64,000 nt of DNA from Candidatus Latescibacterota bacterium (GCA_965207885.1 OZ242311.1:5024001-5088000), one strand, 5' to 3'; counted from the first letter of the stretch, positions 41,754-52,362 are shown. Numbers and translations: made by a program. Notes: a model not told the origin generated them from the letters alone.

Positions 41754-43940
41754 ATGACAAAAACCGAACATCCCATACAAACTCTGACCCTCTCCATCAA
41801 AGGCATGAGTTGTGCCGCATGTGTGGCACGGGTTGAAAATGCCCTCAGAACCATCTCCGGCGTCGCAGATGCCCAGGTCAACTTTGCCACCCATCAGGCC
41901 ACGGTTCATCACAAAGCAGTCCTGACAGATGTGCTCCTGAACGCCGTCTCCAATGCCGGCTACGAAGCCTCTCCTCACATTTCCGAAGACGCCGAACAAA
42001 TCGAACGCACAATCGAATATCGCAAGTTGCGTTATCTGTTCACAGTCGCCGCAATCCTCTCTGCACTCATCATGGCAACGGGCATGACCCGCACTCTGTG
42101 GGGTGCAAACATCCCCCCCCATCACATTCACATATTGCTCTTTGCATTGACCACACCAGTACAATTCTTCTGTGGCTGGCATTTTATCAAAGGGGCATGG
42201 GCTGCACTGCGCCATCGCACAGCCGACATGAACAGCCTGGTAGCTGCGGGAACCCTCGCCGCTTATTTTTACAGCACCGCGGTAACCTTTGCCCCACTCG
42301 GTACTCAGAATATCCAGACCTACTTCGACACCTCTGCCATGATCATTACACTCGTCCTGCTCGGTCGTCTGCTCGAAACGCGCGCCAGAGGTCAAACATC
42401 ATCCGCCATCCGAAAACTCCTCGACCTGCGCCCCAAAACCGCCCTCATCGTTCGCGACGGTCGGGATGTTGAAACGCCCGTTGAACACATCCAGGTCGGC
42501 GATCACATTCGCGTTCGGCCCGGTGAAAACATCCCTGTTGATGGCCTCATACAAAATGGACAATCCGCAATTGACGAATCCATGCTCACGGGCGAATCCC
42601 TACCCGTTGACAAACAATCAGGCGACACAGTCACAGGCGGCACGCGCAACACAACCGGTAGTTTTATCTTCCGAGCAACACAGATCGGCGCCGATACAGT
42701 CTTGTCTCAAATCATCGACCTCGTGCGCCGGGCACAGGGGTCCAGAGCACCTATACAACACCTCGCCGACCGCGTCGCCCGCATCTTTGTCCCGATAATC
42801 TTTGCCATCGCCCTGCTGACCTGCGCCCTGTGGTGGATCTTTGACTTTGGGATCGAAACCGCCCTCATCAATGCCGTGGTCGTCCTCATCATCGCATGCC
42901 CTTGTGCAATGGGATTGGCCACCCCCACTGCCATCGCGGTCGGCACAGGACGGGGCGCGCAACTCGGCATCCTCATAAAAGGAGGCGATGTGCTCGAAAA
43001 TGCACACCGCCTCAATGCCATTGTCCTGGACAAAACAGGCACGCTAACAGAGGGCAAACCCACTGTCACCGATATTGTCCCCGCAGAAAATTATCACCGC
43101 GATCACATACTCAAACTCGCAGCCTCTGCAGAAAAAGGATCGGAACACCCTCTCGGCGAAGCCATTGTTCGCGCCGCGCAAGAAGCCAACCTTTCCCTGC
43201 ATCCAACCACAGATTTTGAAGCCAGACCAGGCGTTGGCGTCGCCGCCACAATTGACGGACAGCGCGTCGTGCTCGGCAATCCACGCACCATATCTGACCG
43301 CGCAAAATATCCAGCCGAAAAACTCGAAGCCGAGGGCAAAACCGCCGTATTCGTCACCGTCAATGATCAGCCCGCGGGCCTCATCGCCATTTCAGACAAC
43401 CTGAAAGCCGACGCCGCGCAAGCCGTTCATGACCTCCAGCACCTGAGCCTTGAAGTCTCCCTCGTGACAGGCGACAATGAGCGCACGGCCAAAGCCATTG
43501 GGCAACAGCTCAACATCAATCAGGTCTTTGCCGAAGTTCTACCCCAGGACAAAGCTCACAAAATCGCACAACTCCAGGACCAAAATATAAACGTGGGCAT
43601 GGTTGGCGATGGCATCAACGACGCTCCTGCACTCGCCCAGGCCAATGTCGGCATCGCCCTGAGTTCGGGCACAGACATCGCCATAGAAAGCGCGGGCATG
43701 ATCCTCATGTCGGGCAACCTATCGGCCATAGCCACATCTATCCGGCTATCGCGGCAAACCATGCGCGTCATTCGCCAAAACCTCTTCTGGGCATTTGCCT
43801 ACAACACCCTTCTAATTCCCGTTGCTGCGCTGGGCCTGCTCAATCCCCTGGGTGGTCCCATGCTCGCCGCAGCTGCTATGGCCCTCTCTTCTGTCTCCGT
43901 TGTCACCAATGCCCTGCGCCTAAAGCGATTTTCTCCGTAA
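41754..43940 (+). CDS. copA: Cu(+)-translocating P1B-type ATPase
   Basis: GMSCAAC, TGES, CPC, DKTGT, GDGIND, YN, MALSS. Confidence 0.93.
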   Translation: MTKTEHPIQTLTLSIKGMSCAACVARVENALRTISGVADAQVNFATHQATVHHKAVLTDVLLNAVSNAGYEASPHISEDAEQIERTIEYRKLRYLFTVAAILSALIMATGMTRTLWGANIPPHHIHILLFALTTPVQFFCGWHFIKGAWAALRHRTADMNSLVAAGTLAAYFYSTAVTFAPLGTQNIQTYFDTSAMIITLVLLGRLLETRARGQTSSAIRKLLDLRPKTALIVRDGRDVETPVEHIQVGDHIRVRPGENIPVDGLIQNGQSAIDESMLTGESLPVDKQSGDTVTGGTRNTTGSFIFRATQIGADTVLSQIIDLVRRAQGSRAPIQHLADRVARIFVPIIFAIALLTCALWWIFDFGIETALINAVVVLIIACPCAMGLATPTAIAVGTGRGAQLGILIKGGDVLENAHRLNAIVLDKTGTLTEGKPTVTDIVPAENYHRDHILKLAASAEKGSEHPLGEAIVRAAQEANLSLHPTTDFEARPGVGVAATIDGQRVVLGNPRTISDRAKYPAEKLEAEGKTAVFVTVNDQPAGLIAISDNLKADAAQAVHDLQHLSLEVSLVTGDNERTAKAIGQQLNINQVFAEVLPQDKAHKIAQLQDQNINVGMVGDGINDAPALAQANVGIALSSGTDIAIESAGMILMSGNLSAIATSIRLSRQTMRVIRQNLFWAFAYNTLLIPVAALGLLNPLGGPMLAAAAMALSSVSVVTNALRLKRFSP

Positions 43941-43944
43941 TATC

Positions 43945-45399
43945 CTAATACCTCTTCGCGTAATTTAATATCCCGCGAAAAATGCGATCCGCATCTGAAT
44001 CGCGTATCTTGTGAGAACGCAATGCCCATGCTTCGTCTTTATGGTGTACATTGCGTATCTCCACCAGAATTTCTGCCTGCGCCAGATTGCCCCGCAACAC
44101 CGCCAGATTCCGCCCCCCAATTTGAGCGGGCACATCTGGCAGATCGAGTGCCCTTTCCATAATCCGCGCAAATGACCGGGACCGGGAATCGATCTTCCCG
44201 CGCCTGCTCCAATAAATAACCAGAGGACCCTCTGGACGATTGGGAGTGTTGTCTGCATGCAGGGATATAAACAGAGTCTTCCCGCGCCTTGCAAAGAAAC
44301 GGTTGGCTATTTTTACCCTTTGTACAATATTGTCAAGCCCCGGACGCACTGAAAAACTATTTCTTCTGTTGACACTTACATCGTTATAGACTTCGTTTTG
44401 TTCGTGTACAAACGTCCTTGCAGGCGGATTATTTTCCCGAATGAGATGATTTGGACTAATCACCGTCATCTCCACCTCGGCACCTGCAAGCCTCAGTTTT
44501 TGGTACAAACGCAACGCAATATCGTAAACAAATTCGTCTTCGACCACATAAACCGAACGATTATTGCCATCTAAATTGGAAACAATAGCACCCGGGTCGC
44601 GTCCACCGTGCCCCGGGTCGAGCACAATGCGCCAGCCTTTCAATGATCTGCCATCTCGACGCATATCAGAATTAATACTAGCATTGAACACGCCCATCAA
44701 ATTTCGGGCACTCCGATAATCTTCAATCGGCTTTTTGGGGGGCACTTCTCGATATCTCCGACTGCGTTGCACAGCGGCTTTGGGACGAGAAAAATAATAC
44801 GGCCCATTATCCATCGCGATCTTTGTTAACCGAGTCTGTATCTTTAACCTCTGGCCCACATAAATGCGATCCGACCGGATACCATTGCTCCGCTTGAGTT
44901 CGGTCAGGCCCATAGAATATTGTGCGGCAATTTTAGAAAGCGTATCCCCCCTTCTCACCACATAGTCCATTTCTACGTAGCCAGAAGATGGACGGGAGCG
45001 AGCCGATTGAACAGTATAAGAACGCGTGCGAAGCCTTTGTCCGGGATAAATATTATTCGACCTCAACCCATTGATCCGCTTCAGTTCGGTCACACTCATA
45101 GAAAATCGTGCGGCAATTTTAGAAAGCGAATCTCCCCTTCTCACCACGTATTCTACCCCACTGGAGGAGCGCGTGGGAAGCCTTTGTGAGCGAATGAACA
45201 GTCTTTGTCCCGGGTAAATGTGATGCGACTTTAACCCATTGCTCCGCTTGAGTTCGGTCACACTCATGGAAAACTGATCGGCAATTTCCCACAGAGAATC
45301 CCCTCTTTGCACCACATAAGTCTCTGTTAAAGCAGGCGCATGTGCCGCACACGACAAAAGGAAGCAGGCCAATAAAGACACTCGGATATATCGAAGCAT
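43945..45399 (-). CDS. LysM x3 plus N-acetylmuramoyl-L-alanine amidase (Amidase_3), probable lipoprotein
   Basis: LLSC lipobox, three YVVxRGDxL repeats, LDPGHGG, SLHAD, LVEI. Confidence 0.88.
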   Translation of the reverse strand: MLRYIRVSLLACFLLSCAAHAPALTETYVVQRGDSLWEIADQFSMSVTELKRSNGLKSHHIYPGQRLFIRSQRLPTRSSSGVEYVVRRGDSLSKIAARFSMSVTELKRINGLRSNNIYPGQRLRTRSYTVQSARSRPSSGYVEMDYVVRRGDTLSKIAAQYSMGLTELKRSNGIRSDRIYVGQRLKIQTRLTKIAMDNGPYYFSRPKAAVQRSRRYREVPPKKPIEDYRSARNLMGVFNASINSDMRRDGRSLKGWRIVLDPGHGGRDPGAIVSNLDGNNRSVYVVEDEFVYDIALRLYQKLRLAGAEVEMTVISPNHLIRENNPPARTFVHEQNEVYNDVSVNRRNSFSVRPGLDNIVQRVKIANRFFARRGKTLFISLHADNTPNRPEGPLVIYWSRRGKIDSRSRSFARIMERALDLPDVPAQIGGRNLAVLRGNLAQAEILVEIRNVHHKDEAWALRSHKIRDSDADRIFRGILNYAKRY

Positions 45400-45520
45400 A
45401 AAAAACTCAGTATATAGAGTGAAAAAGTGATGACATTTGAAACCGACTTGCGAAAAACCGATAGATAATAGACCTTTTAGAAAAAAAAGACAAGATATGA
45501 CTCTCTAAAAATGGAAAATT

Positions 45521-45557
45521 TGGTCTCTTTCGCCAGCACACATGGCGATTTTTACCA
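45521..45557. promoter_or_regulatory. PspF-type upstream activating sequences
   Basis: TGGTCTCTTTCGCCA and TGGCGATTTTTACCA, about 75-110 bp upstream of the sigma54 site; resemble the TGGTGAAATTCGCCA-type PspF UAS. Confidence 0.65.
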
Positions 45558-45632
45558 ACTTTATCAATCCACCCCATTTCTCAAAAACATCTATGTATAT
45601 AAAAAACAACATTTAAGATCACATCGCACTCA

Positions 45633-45648
45633 TGGCATAGACTTTGCA
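45633..45648 (+). promoter_or_regulatory. Sigma54 promoter of the pspA operon
   Basis: TGGCATAGACTTTGCA (GG-N10-GC). Confidence 0.82.
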
Positions 45649-45717
45649 TAAAAAGAGTGCGACAACAAAAAACATCAGAATCCCCATAAATGCAGCACCT
45701 TGTGAAAGGAGAAGATC

Positions 45718-46395
45718 ATGGCACGCGGAATTTTTTACAGAATGGCCGACATCGTCAAAGCCAACGTCAACGACCTGATCACCCGCGCAGAAGACCCGGA
45801 AAAAATGATCCGCCAGATGATTCTGGAAATGGAAGAAGCCGTCAACAAAGCCACAGCCTCAGTCGGCACGGCTGTAGCCAATGAAAAACGCCTGGAAAGA
45901 CAATATCTCGAAAAACAAGATCAAATCGAAGCATGGCAAAAAAAAGCCGAATTAGCCGTTGAAGCTGGCGAAGACGACCTTGCACGCCGCGCCCTCGAGC
46001 GCAAAGCTGCAAATCAGGAAGCCACGCACGACCTTGAAGTCGCCCTCGAAGAAAGCCGTAAAACCTCGTCCCAACTCAAACAACAACTCACCCAACTCAA
46101 AGCCAAACTCGACGAAGCCCGCACCCGCCAGGGCACCCTGATTGCTCGCCGCCGTGCAGCCGAAGCCCGCAAGCAAATCGCCAGGGGCCTCTCAGGAGTG
46201 GGTGAAGATGCTTTTTCGAGCTTTGAACGATTCCGTCAGCGCATCGAATCCGAAGAAGCAGAAGCAGAAGCCCATCAAGAAATGGCGAGTGCCGACCCCT
46301 CTCTGGAAGAAGAATTTTCCAAACTCGAGCGCAAAAGCACAGTAGAAGACGAACTCAGTGCGCTAAAAAAGAAAATGGGACAAAAAGATGCGTGA
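45718..46395 (+). CDS. pspA: Phage shock protein A (PspA/IM30, ESCRT-III superfamily)
   Basis: GIFYRMADIVKANVN, AEDPEKMIRQ, GEDDLARRAL, VEDELSALKKK. Confidence 0.95.
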   Translation: MARGIFYRMADIVKANVNDLITRAEDPEKMIRQMILEMEEAVNKATASVGTAVANEKRLERQYLEKQDQIEAWQKKAELAVEAGEDDLARRALERKAANQEATHDLEVALEESRKTSSQLKQQLTQLKAKLDEARTRQGTLIARRRAAEARKQIARGLSGVGEDAFSSFERFRQRIESEEAEAEAHQEMASADPSLEEEFSKLERKSTVEDELSALKKKMGQKDA

Positions 46396-47056
46396 CCTGG
46401 AAAAACTCGCCGATGAAATCGCCAGCAAAATTGACCGCGCGGTCAACGACGCGGAGCGAAAAATAAAAAAGAAATGGAAGGGAAATTGGGAGGCGCGCGT
46501 TCACAGTGCGAGCAGCGATTTCCAAACCGCAACCAATTCATTTAAGCGCGTGCCCGACCGCCTCTCTGACCTCGCCACCGATGGGAGTTGTGCCATGCGT
46601 TATCTCTTCGCTTATGGCTTAATAGGAATGGCTGCACTTATGGGATTTTGCGGCCTCATGCTCGTACTCATTACACTGGTAGAACATCCCCCCTGGGCAG
46701 ACACAAACCCATTCAGGCACGAAGAACTCAGTGCTGGCCTCTTTATAATCGTATTCTCTCAACTTATATGGTGGGCAGGTCGCAGGATCAAAAGATCGGG
46801 AGACAAAAAAGCACATGCCAAAAATCAGCACCGCATACTCCGTCTCGCCCGGGAAAAAGGGGGCAGCCTCACCGTGACAGAAGCCGCCATGGACACCAGA
46901 ATAACAGTTGAAAAAACCGAAGAAATCCTGCGGGAATTAACCATAAGTGGTCATGCGGAAATGCGAATCTCAGATTCCGGGCTGGTCGTTTACCATTTTC
47001 CGGAAATCGAACGCTGGGATGAAAAACACCGCGCGAGACCCGTGGATGAACTCTAA
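46388..47056 (+). CDS. Two-TM membrane protein with a C-terminal winged-helix-like domain
   Basis: Charged helical N-terminus, 2 TM, ILRLAREKGGSLTVTEAA..GLVVYHF. Confidence 0.75.
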   Translation: MRDLEKLADEIASKIDRAVNDAERKIKKKWKGNWEARVHSASSDFQTATNSFKRVPDRLSDLATDGSCAMRYLFAYGLIGMAALMGFCGLMLVLITLVEHPPWADTNPFRHEELSAGLFIIVFSQLIWWAGRRIKRSGDKKAHAKNQHRILRLAREKGGSLTVTEAAMDTRITVEKTEEILRELTISGHAEMRISDSGLVVYHFPEIERWDEKHRARPVDEL

Positions 47057-47077
47057 TGTGTGTGGGAGGACAAAATA

Positions 47078-47275
47078 ATGTTTGAAATTGGAATCATGGT
47101 AGCAATAATCATTCTCGCATCAGCGGCATACAAATACGTTGAGCGCCGAACCCGAGGATCCGTCCCCAGCGATGCAGAAGAACGTATAAACGCCAGAATG
47201 GACGAACTCGACCGCAGGCTCACAGATATTCAGGACGTCATGATCACCATCGACGAAAAACTCAGCAGGAGATAA
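47078..47275 (+). CDS. PspB-like single-TM microprotein 1
   Basis: GGAGGA RBS; TM plus RMDELDRRLTDIQDVMITIDEK coiled coil. Confidence 0.75.
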   Translation: MFEIGIMVAIIILASAAYKYVERRTRGSVPSDAEERINARMDELDRRLTDIQDVMITIDEKLSRR

Positions 47276-47286
47276 GGAGGGGTAAA

Positions 47287-47520
47287 ATGACTAATGTTAT
47301 CGGTGTCACAGTTGGTGGCATATTGATGATCATAATTGTAGGAGCCATTGCATCAGCAGTACACAAATACATTGATCGTCGCACCAAAGGATCCATCCCC
47401 AGCGATGCGGAAAAACGCTTGAATGAGCGAATGGACGAACTCGACCGCAGGCTCACGGACATTCAGGACATCCTCATCACCATTGACGAAAAATTCGACC
47501 GGTCACCCATCACGCGCTAA
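47287..47520 (+). CDS. PspB-like single-TM microprotein 2
   Basis: AGGAGG RBS; paralog of the preceding gene. Confidence 0.75.
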   Translation: MTNVIGVTVGGILMIIIVGAIASAVHKYIDRRTKGSIPSDAEKRLNERMDELDRRLTDIQDILITIDEKFDRSPITR

Positions 47521-47543
47521 TTTAAACTAACAGGGAGGACACC

Positions 47544-47906
47544 ATGCGTATCTTTCTTACAATCGTAGTTGGTATTAGCTTGATGACTCTTGCAAGCGGT
47601 ACAGTCGCCTATATTCTCCATGACCCAACATTTGGAGGAGGTCTCGTCCTTGCAGCAGCTTGGGGTGCTATGGCGTTCATTACCTTTTTTGCCATCACAT
47701 TCACATTTGGATCAGAACAAGAAGAAAGAAACAGATCGACAAAAAACAACAACCTGTCTGAAAAACTTTCAAAACGCGTGAAAGAACTCGAAAAACGCCT
47801 CATCGACCTTCAAGACATCGTCATCACCAACGACGATAAACTCGAGCGTCTTAACAACCAATCATCCGTTGCGCCATCTCCACCTCCGCGGACCATCTCG
47901 GATTGA
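47544..47906 (+). CDS. Two-TM protein with the same coiled-coil tail
   Basis: GGAGG RBS; RVKELEKRLIDLQDIVITNDDK. Confidence 0.72.
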   Translation: MRIFLTIVVGISLMTLASGTVAYILHDPTFGGGLVLAAAWGAMAFITFFAITFTFGSEQEERNRSTKNNNLSEKLSKRVKELEKRLIDLQDIVITNDDKLERLNNQSSVAPSPPPRTISD

Positions 47907-47942
47907 TGGACAGCCTCACACCTCCTGAAAAAAGGACACCCC

Positions 47943-48113
47943 ATGTTGGCAAAACTCATCGGCATCGTGCTCATCATAATCGGCGGCATTTTCGCCATCC
48001 AGGTTCTCTTTCCGCTCATCGGCTCTCTATTTGAGCTAATCTTTCTCCTGCTCAAACTCGCCATCGCCGTTATATGTATTGGGATCGGTTATCGCTTGAT
48101 CAAAAGAGACTGA
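47943..48113 (+). CDS. 56-aa hydrophobic membrane protein (PspG/LiaI-like), not in the ORF track
   Basis: AAGGA RBS; MLAKLIGIVLIIIGGIFAIQVLFPLIGSLFELIFLLLKLAIAVICIGIGYRLIKRD*. Confidence 0.7.
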   Translation: MLAKLIGIVLIIIGGIFAIQVLFPLIGSLFELIFLLLKLAIAVICIGIGYRLIKRD

Positions 48114-48171
48114 CGGAAAAATCCGTCTTGTCACAAACAAAAGAATAGTAATAAACGAATTACCTTAACGA

Positions 48172-48762
48172 ATGGAGAAAAAAGTGAAAACACAGGATCA
48201 AAACCTGATTCGCGCATCCCTCTCGGGTGACCGCCGGGCATTTGAAACGCTCTACCACAAATATCAAAGTCAGATCTACGGCACCCTCGCACAGCGCATT
48301 TCAGACCGCGACACCATTGACGACCTGATGCAAGACACATTTTTTCGCGCCTATCGCTCGCTCCACACATTCAAAGGCCAGGCGGCATTTTCGACCTGGC
48401 TCACGCAAATTGCCCTCAATGTCTATCGCTCGTACCTGCGCTCGCAGCAAGTGCGGCAAAACTGGGTCTATCAAACCGAAGACCCCGAAGTCGTACACAA
48501 CGTCCTCCGCGACCTCATACCCGGCGCGCTACCAGACCAGATTGTAGAAAAACGCGAACGCATACAATTGGTCCACAAAAGCATACAAAACTTGCCCGAA
48601 CGCTATCGCAAAGCCATGTGGCTGCGCTACGTCATGGACTGGTCCTACGAAGAAATCACACAGGCGCTTCGCGTTCCGCTTGGAACCGTAAAAACCTGGC
48701 TGTGCCGCGCCCGCCGCCAACTCAAAAGCGAATTTCGCAAACTCGGTTTACAACCCGGATAA
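48172..48762 (+). CDS. ECF sigma factor (RpoE/SigW-like)
   Basis: GDRRAFETL, DLMQDTF, FSTWLTQIA, SYEEI..GTVKTWLCRAR. Confidence 0.92.
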   Translation: MEKKVKTQDQNLIRASLSGDRRAFETLYHKYQSQIYGTLAQRISDRDTIDDLMQDTFFRAYRSLHTFKGQAAFSTWLTQIALNVYRSYLRSQQVRQNWVYQTEDPEVVHNVLRDLIPGALPDQIVEKRERIQLVHKSIQNLPERYRKAMWLRYVMDWSYEEITQALRVPLGTVKTWLCRARRQLKSEFRKLGLQPG

Positions 48763-48862
48763 GAAATAACTCTTGCTTTTCGTCCCTTGCATGGACAAAT
48801 TTAGGAACGTAAAGATCCGTTGATGGAACGCGCAACTCTCGGTCCGATTTCTGGAGGTTAAC

Positions 48863-49465
48863 ATGCAGGCATGGTGGTCAGAACTCGCGCCTCTCACTCA
48901 GGTATTCTATGGCTGTGCCGTCTTCTTCACCCTTTTGTTTCTCTGGCAATTTATCACGACACTCATGGGCCTGGGTGATTCCGCGGACGTCATGGACCAT
49001 GACAGCTTCAATGCCAACGATGCGGGGCCAGATGTCGATAATAGTCCTTATGATCACGGTACCGCCACCTTTCAACTGCTCTCACTGCGCTCTGTGATCG
49101 CCTTTGGCATGCTCTTTGGATGGGCAGGCGCACTCTATCTCGACTCGGGACATTCAACCGAAGATTCGGTTCTTCGCGGCCTCATATGGGGCGGCGCGGG
49201 GATGGTCCTGGTTGCATATTTCTTCTACAAAGTGCAACAACTCTCCGAATCGCATAACCGAAACCTATCGTCCTGCATCGGCAATGAAGGCGAAGTCTAT
49301 ATCGACATTCCCGAAAATGGCGCCGGTCAAATCCGCGTGATGGAAAGCGGGGCTGTCAACTACATCTCTGCGCGCAGCAGAGACGGGCAACCCATCCAGA
49401 ACAAAACGCCGGTTCGCGTACTGCGAACACTCGACATAACCACAGTTGAAGTCGAACCCATTTAA
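48863..49465 (+). CDS. NfeD-like membrane protein
   Basis: Three TMs plus OB-fold tail GEVYIDIP..G.I..VRV. Confidence 0.8.
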   Translation: MQAWWSELAPLTQVFYGCAVFFTLLFLWQFITTLMGLGDSADVMDHDSFNANDAGPDVDNSPYDHGTATFQLLSLRSVIAFGMLFGWAGALYLDSGHSTEDSVLRGLIWGGAGMVLVAYFFYKVQQLSESHNRNLSSCIGNEGEVYIDIPENGAGQIRVMESGAVNYISARSRDGQPIQNKTPVRVLRTLDITTVEVEPI

Positions 49466-49487
49466 TCCTGAACTTAAAGGAGGGACA

Positions 49488-51074
49488 ATGCCCACCGAAT
49501 TCATTCTCACCGTACTCCTGGCAGCCGTTGTACTTCTGCTATTCCTCACATTCATCTCGCGTTACAAGCGCTGTCCATCCAACAAAATCCTCGTCATCTA
49601 CGGAAAAACGGGAGGTGGCACAGCCGCAAAATGTGTACACGGCGGCGCAGCTTTTGTCCTGCCCTTATTGCAGGCCTACGACTACCTCGACCTCGAACCC
49701 TTTGTCGTACCCATTGACCTGGACAACGCGCTTTCACAGGAGAACATCCGCGTATCCGTCCCCACCACAGTCACAGCAGCCATCTCTAATCAGCCCGGCG
49801 TCATGCAAAACGCGGCCATCCGCCTTTTGGGCCTGTCCCGCGATCAAGTTCAGAGCCAGGCACAGGACATCATCCTCGGCCAGATGCGCGCAGTCATTGC
49901 AACCATGCAAATTGAAGAAATCAATCAGGACCGACAGGCATTCATGACCAAAGTAAATGATGCCGTCTCCACTGAAATGGAAAAAATTGGTCTGGCCGTT
50001 ATCAACGTCAACATCAAAGACCTCGACGACGAAAGCGGCTACATCAAAGCCATCGGTCAAAAAGCAGCAGCCGAAGCCGTGAACCAGGCATCTATCGACG
50101 TGGCCGAACAAGAACGACACGGACAGGTCGGCGTGGCCGAACGCGCACGCGACCGCCGTCGGGATGTCGCCGCAGCCGAATCAGAAGCCGAAGTTGGCGA
50201 AGCAGAAGCCGCGCGAAACAGACGGCGACAGGTCGCCGCACTTGAATCAGAAGCTGAAATCGGCGAATCAGAGGCCGCGCGAGATAGACGACGACAAGTT
50301 GCCGCACTCGAATCAGAAGCCGAAATTGGCGAAGCACAGGCCGGGCGAGACAAACGCCAAAATGTCGCCGCTCTCGAAGCAGAAGCCGTACAATCAGAAA
50401 CAGAAGCAGAAGCAAAAACAGCGGGCTATCGCGCGGGACAACGCGTTGCAGAAGAAGAAGCGCGCAGAAAATCAGAAGAAGCGACCAAAGCCACAGACGG
50501 TGCCATTCGCGTTGCCCAGGAAACCGCTGAAAAAGCAGCCGAAGACGCCCGAGCACTGCGCGAAGAAGCGCGCTTACGCGCAGAAATCGTCGTCCAGGCA
50601 GAAGCCGAAAAACAGCGCCAGGTCGTTCAAGCAGAAGCCGAAAAAGAACAGCTACGGCTTATTGCCGAAGGTGAAGCCGCCGCTATCCTCGCACAAAAAC
50701 AGGCCGAAGCCGAAGGGACTCAGGCCATTCTCAACGCCAAAGCCGAAGGATACAGACAACTCGTTGAAGCCTGTGGCAGCAACGACCAGGCAGCAGCAGC
50801 CTTTCTGATCATCGAACGCCTCACCGAAGTCGCCAACATCCAGGCCGAGGCCATTAGCAACTTGCCCATCGACAAAGTGATGGTCTGGGACAGCGGCAAT
50901 GGCGAGAGTGGCATGTCCAACCTGGGACAACGCCTCATGGGTGCCATACCGCCCATGCACGATCTGGCGCGCCTGGCCGGGCTTGAATTACCCGAATTTT
51001 TGGGCAAAATGAACGGCGAACAAACGGCAGGGGAAAACGGCAAATCCGACACCTCAGAAGACGCAGAGGCGTAG
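49488..51074 (+). CDS. Flotillin (SPFH / band 7) protein
   Basis: RYKRCPSNKILVIYG, IILGQMRAVIA, AEA-rich coiled coil, IDKVMVWD. Confidence 0.92.
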   Translation: MPTEFILTVLLAAVVLLLFLTFISRYKRCPSNKILVIYGKTGGGTAAKCVHGGAAFVLPLLQAYDYLDLEPFVVPIDLDNALSQENIRVSVPTTVTAAISNQPGVMQNAAIRLLGLSRDQVQSQAQDIILGQMRAVIATMQIEEINQDRQAFMTKVNDAVSTEMEKIGLAVINVNIKDLDDESGYIKAIGQKAAAEAVNQASIDVAEQERHGQVGVAERARDRRRDVAAAESEAEVGEAEAARNRRRQVAALESEAEIGESEAARDRRRQVAALESEAEIGEAQAGRDKRQNVAALEAEAVQSETEAEAKTAGYRAGQRVAEEEARRKSEEATKATDGAIRVAQETAEKAAEDARALREEARLRAEIVVQAEAEKQRQVVQAEAEKEQLRLIAEGEAAAILAQKQAEAEGTQAILNAKAEGYRQLVEACGSNDQAAAAFLIIERLTEVANIQAEAISNLPIDKVMVWDSGNGESGMSNLGQRLMGAIPPMHDLARLAGLELPEFLGKMNGEQTAGENGKSDTSEDAEA

Positions 51075-51096
51075 GCGACAACGCGCAAGTACAGCC

Positions 51097-52335
51097 ATGT
51101 CCAACACCCTGAACATAGCCACAGACATAGAATCTCGTTTCCAAATGGCGCTGCAACACGCACGCGGGGCAGCGCCAGGCTCGGGCGACTACAAAAAAGC
51201 GGTTGAACACCTCGAATACATTTTGTCTGTCGATGACCAGAGCGAGGAAATGGACCGCGTCTGTTTTTTGTTGGGCAGCCTGCTCGACGACTTTCCAGAA
51301 AACGCATCTCGAGCCATTGCCGTTTACCGCCGGGGTTTGGAAGCCGATCCCCTCTTTGCGCCCGGGCACAACAACCTGGGCGTTTTGCTCATGCAAGATG
51401 GGCAAATCCTATCGGCTCTTGGCGAATTTAAAATCGCCGTACACCTCGAACCCGATTACATGCTCCCCTATCGCAACCTCGCCCGATTGCTCTTTCAACA
51501 CATGAGCCCGGCACAAATGGAACGCGAATACGCAAGCATCACCGAAGAATTTGGCGTTAGAGCATCGCGCATTCTCGCCCGCCTATCTCTCGAACTCATA
51601 GACCTTGGGCGCGCACAGGTCTATGAAAGCCTCTACACGCACGGCCATCGCATCAAAAACCTGATGGGTCTCTCCGGCAGCCGAATGCGTCGCGCCATAC
51701 GCAATTTACCGCCAAATACCGACGGTTTGGATGATCTGAAAGACATCGCAAACGAACAAGAACACATCTACAGCCAATGGGTTGCCTACTTGCGGTCTAT
51801 GAAACAAGACACTATGAATCCCGCGCTGGTCGATGTGTCCCAACTCATTGAAAAAATGACCCACAGACTCTCTGCACAAGCAGGGGACAAAGAACTCATC
51901 TTTGCCGCCGAACCTCATGTGCCTCAGGTAAAAGCGGACGCTGGCATGTTATCTGAAGCCGTCACAAACCTGACCCTCAACGCCATCGAAGCCGTTGAAA
52001 ATAATGGCGTGGTGAGAGTACAGGTCGGTGCCGATACAGAGCGCAGTTCGGTTTATATTGAAGTGGAAGACAATGGCCCCGGCATTCCCGAAAATTTGCA
52101 AACCCGCATATTTGACCCCGGATTTTCAACGCGAGAAAGGGGCAATGGCTATGGGCTGAGTATATGCTCTCGCATTGCAGCGGCACACCGCGGTACGTTG
52201 CGCGTGATCAGTCGTCCGGGTGCAGGCGCGGTTTTTCGCATTGACCTACCCATCGATTTTGAAGTCTCAACACAACACGACAGCATTGGCCTGCAACACA
52301 ACGTACCCGATACCTCGCGCGATCCAAATAGCTGA
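51097..52335 (+). CDS. Cytoplasmic TPR-containing histidine kinase
   Basis: TPR (GHNNLGVLL), H-box GHRIKN, NLTLNAIEA, DNGPGI, GYGLS; no TM segment. Confidence 0.88.
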   Translation: MSNTLNIATDIESRFQMALQHARGAAPGSGDYKKAVEHLEYILSVDDQSEEMDRVCFLLGSLLDDFPENASRAIAVYRRGLEADPLFAPGHNNLGVLLMQDGQILSALGEFKIAVHLEPDYMLPYRNLARLLFQHMSPAQMEREYASITEEFGVRASRILARLSLELIDLGRAQVYESLYTHGHRIKNLMGLSGSRMRRAIRNLPPNTDGLDDLKDIANEQEHIYSQWVAYLRSMKQDTMNPALVDVSQLIEKMTHRLSAQAGDKELIFAAEPHVPQVKADAGMLSEAVTNLTLNAIEAVENNGVVRVQVGADTERSSVYIEVEDNGPGIPENLQTRIFDPGFSTRERGNGYGLSICSRIAAAHRGTLRVISRPGAGAVFRIDLPIDFEVSTQHDSIGLQHNVPDTSRDPNS

Positions 52336-52362
52336 AGAATTTATTCAATAAGACCCTCTCCC

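Noticed and set aside
41742-42395. 217-aa minus-strand ORF
   Set aside because: Antisense to copA with no recognisable motifs
48800-48850. Two GGAAC motifs as an ECF promoter before nfeD
   Set aside because: No convincing -10 element at 16-17 bp spacing
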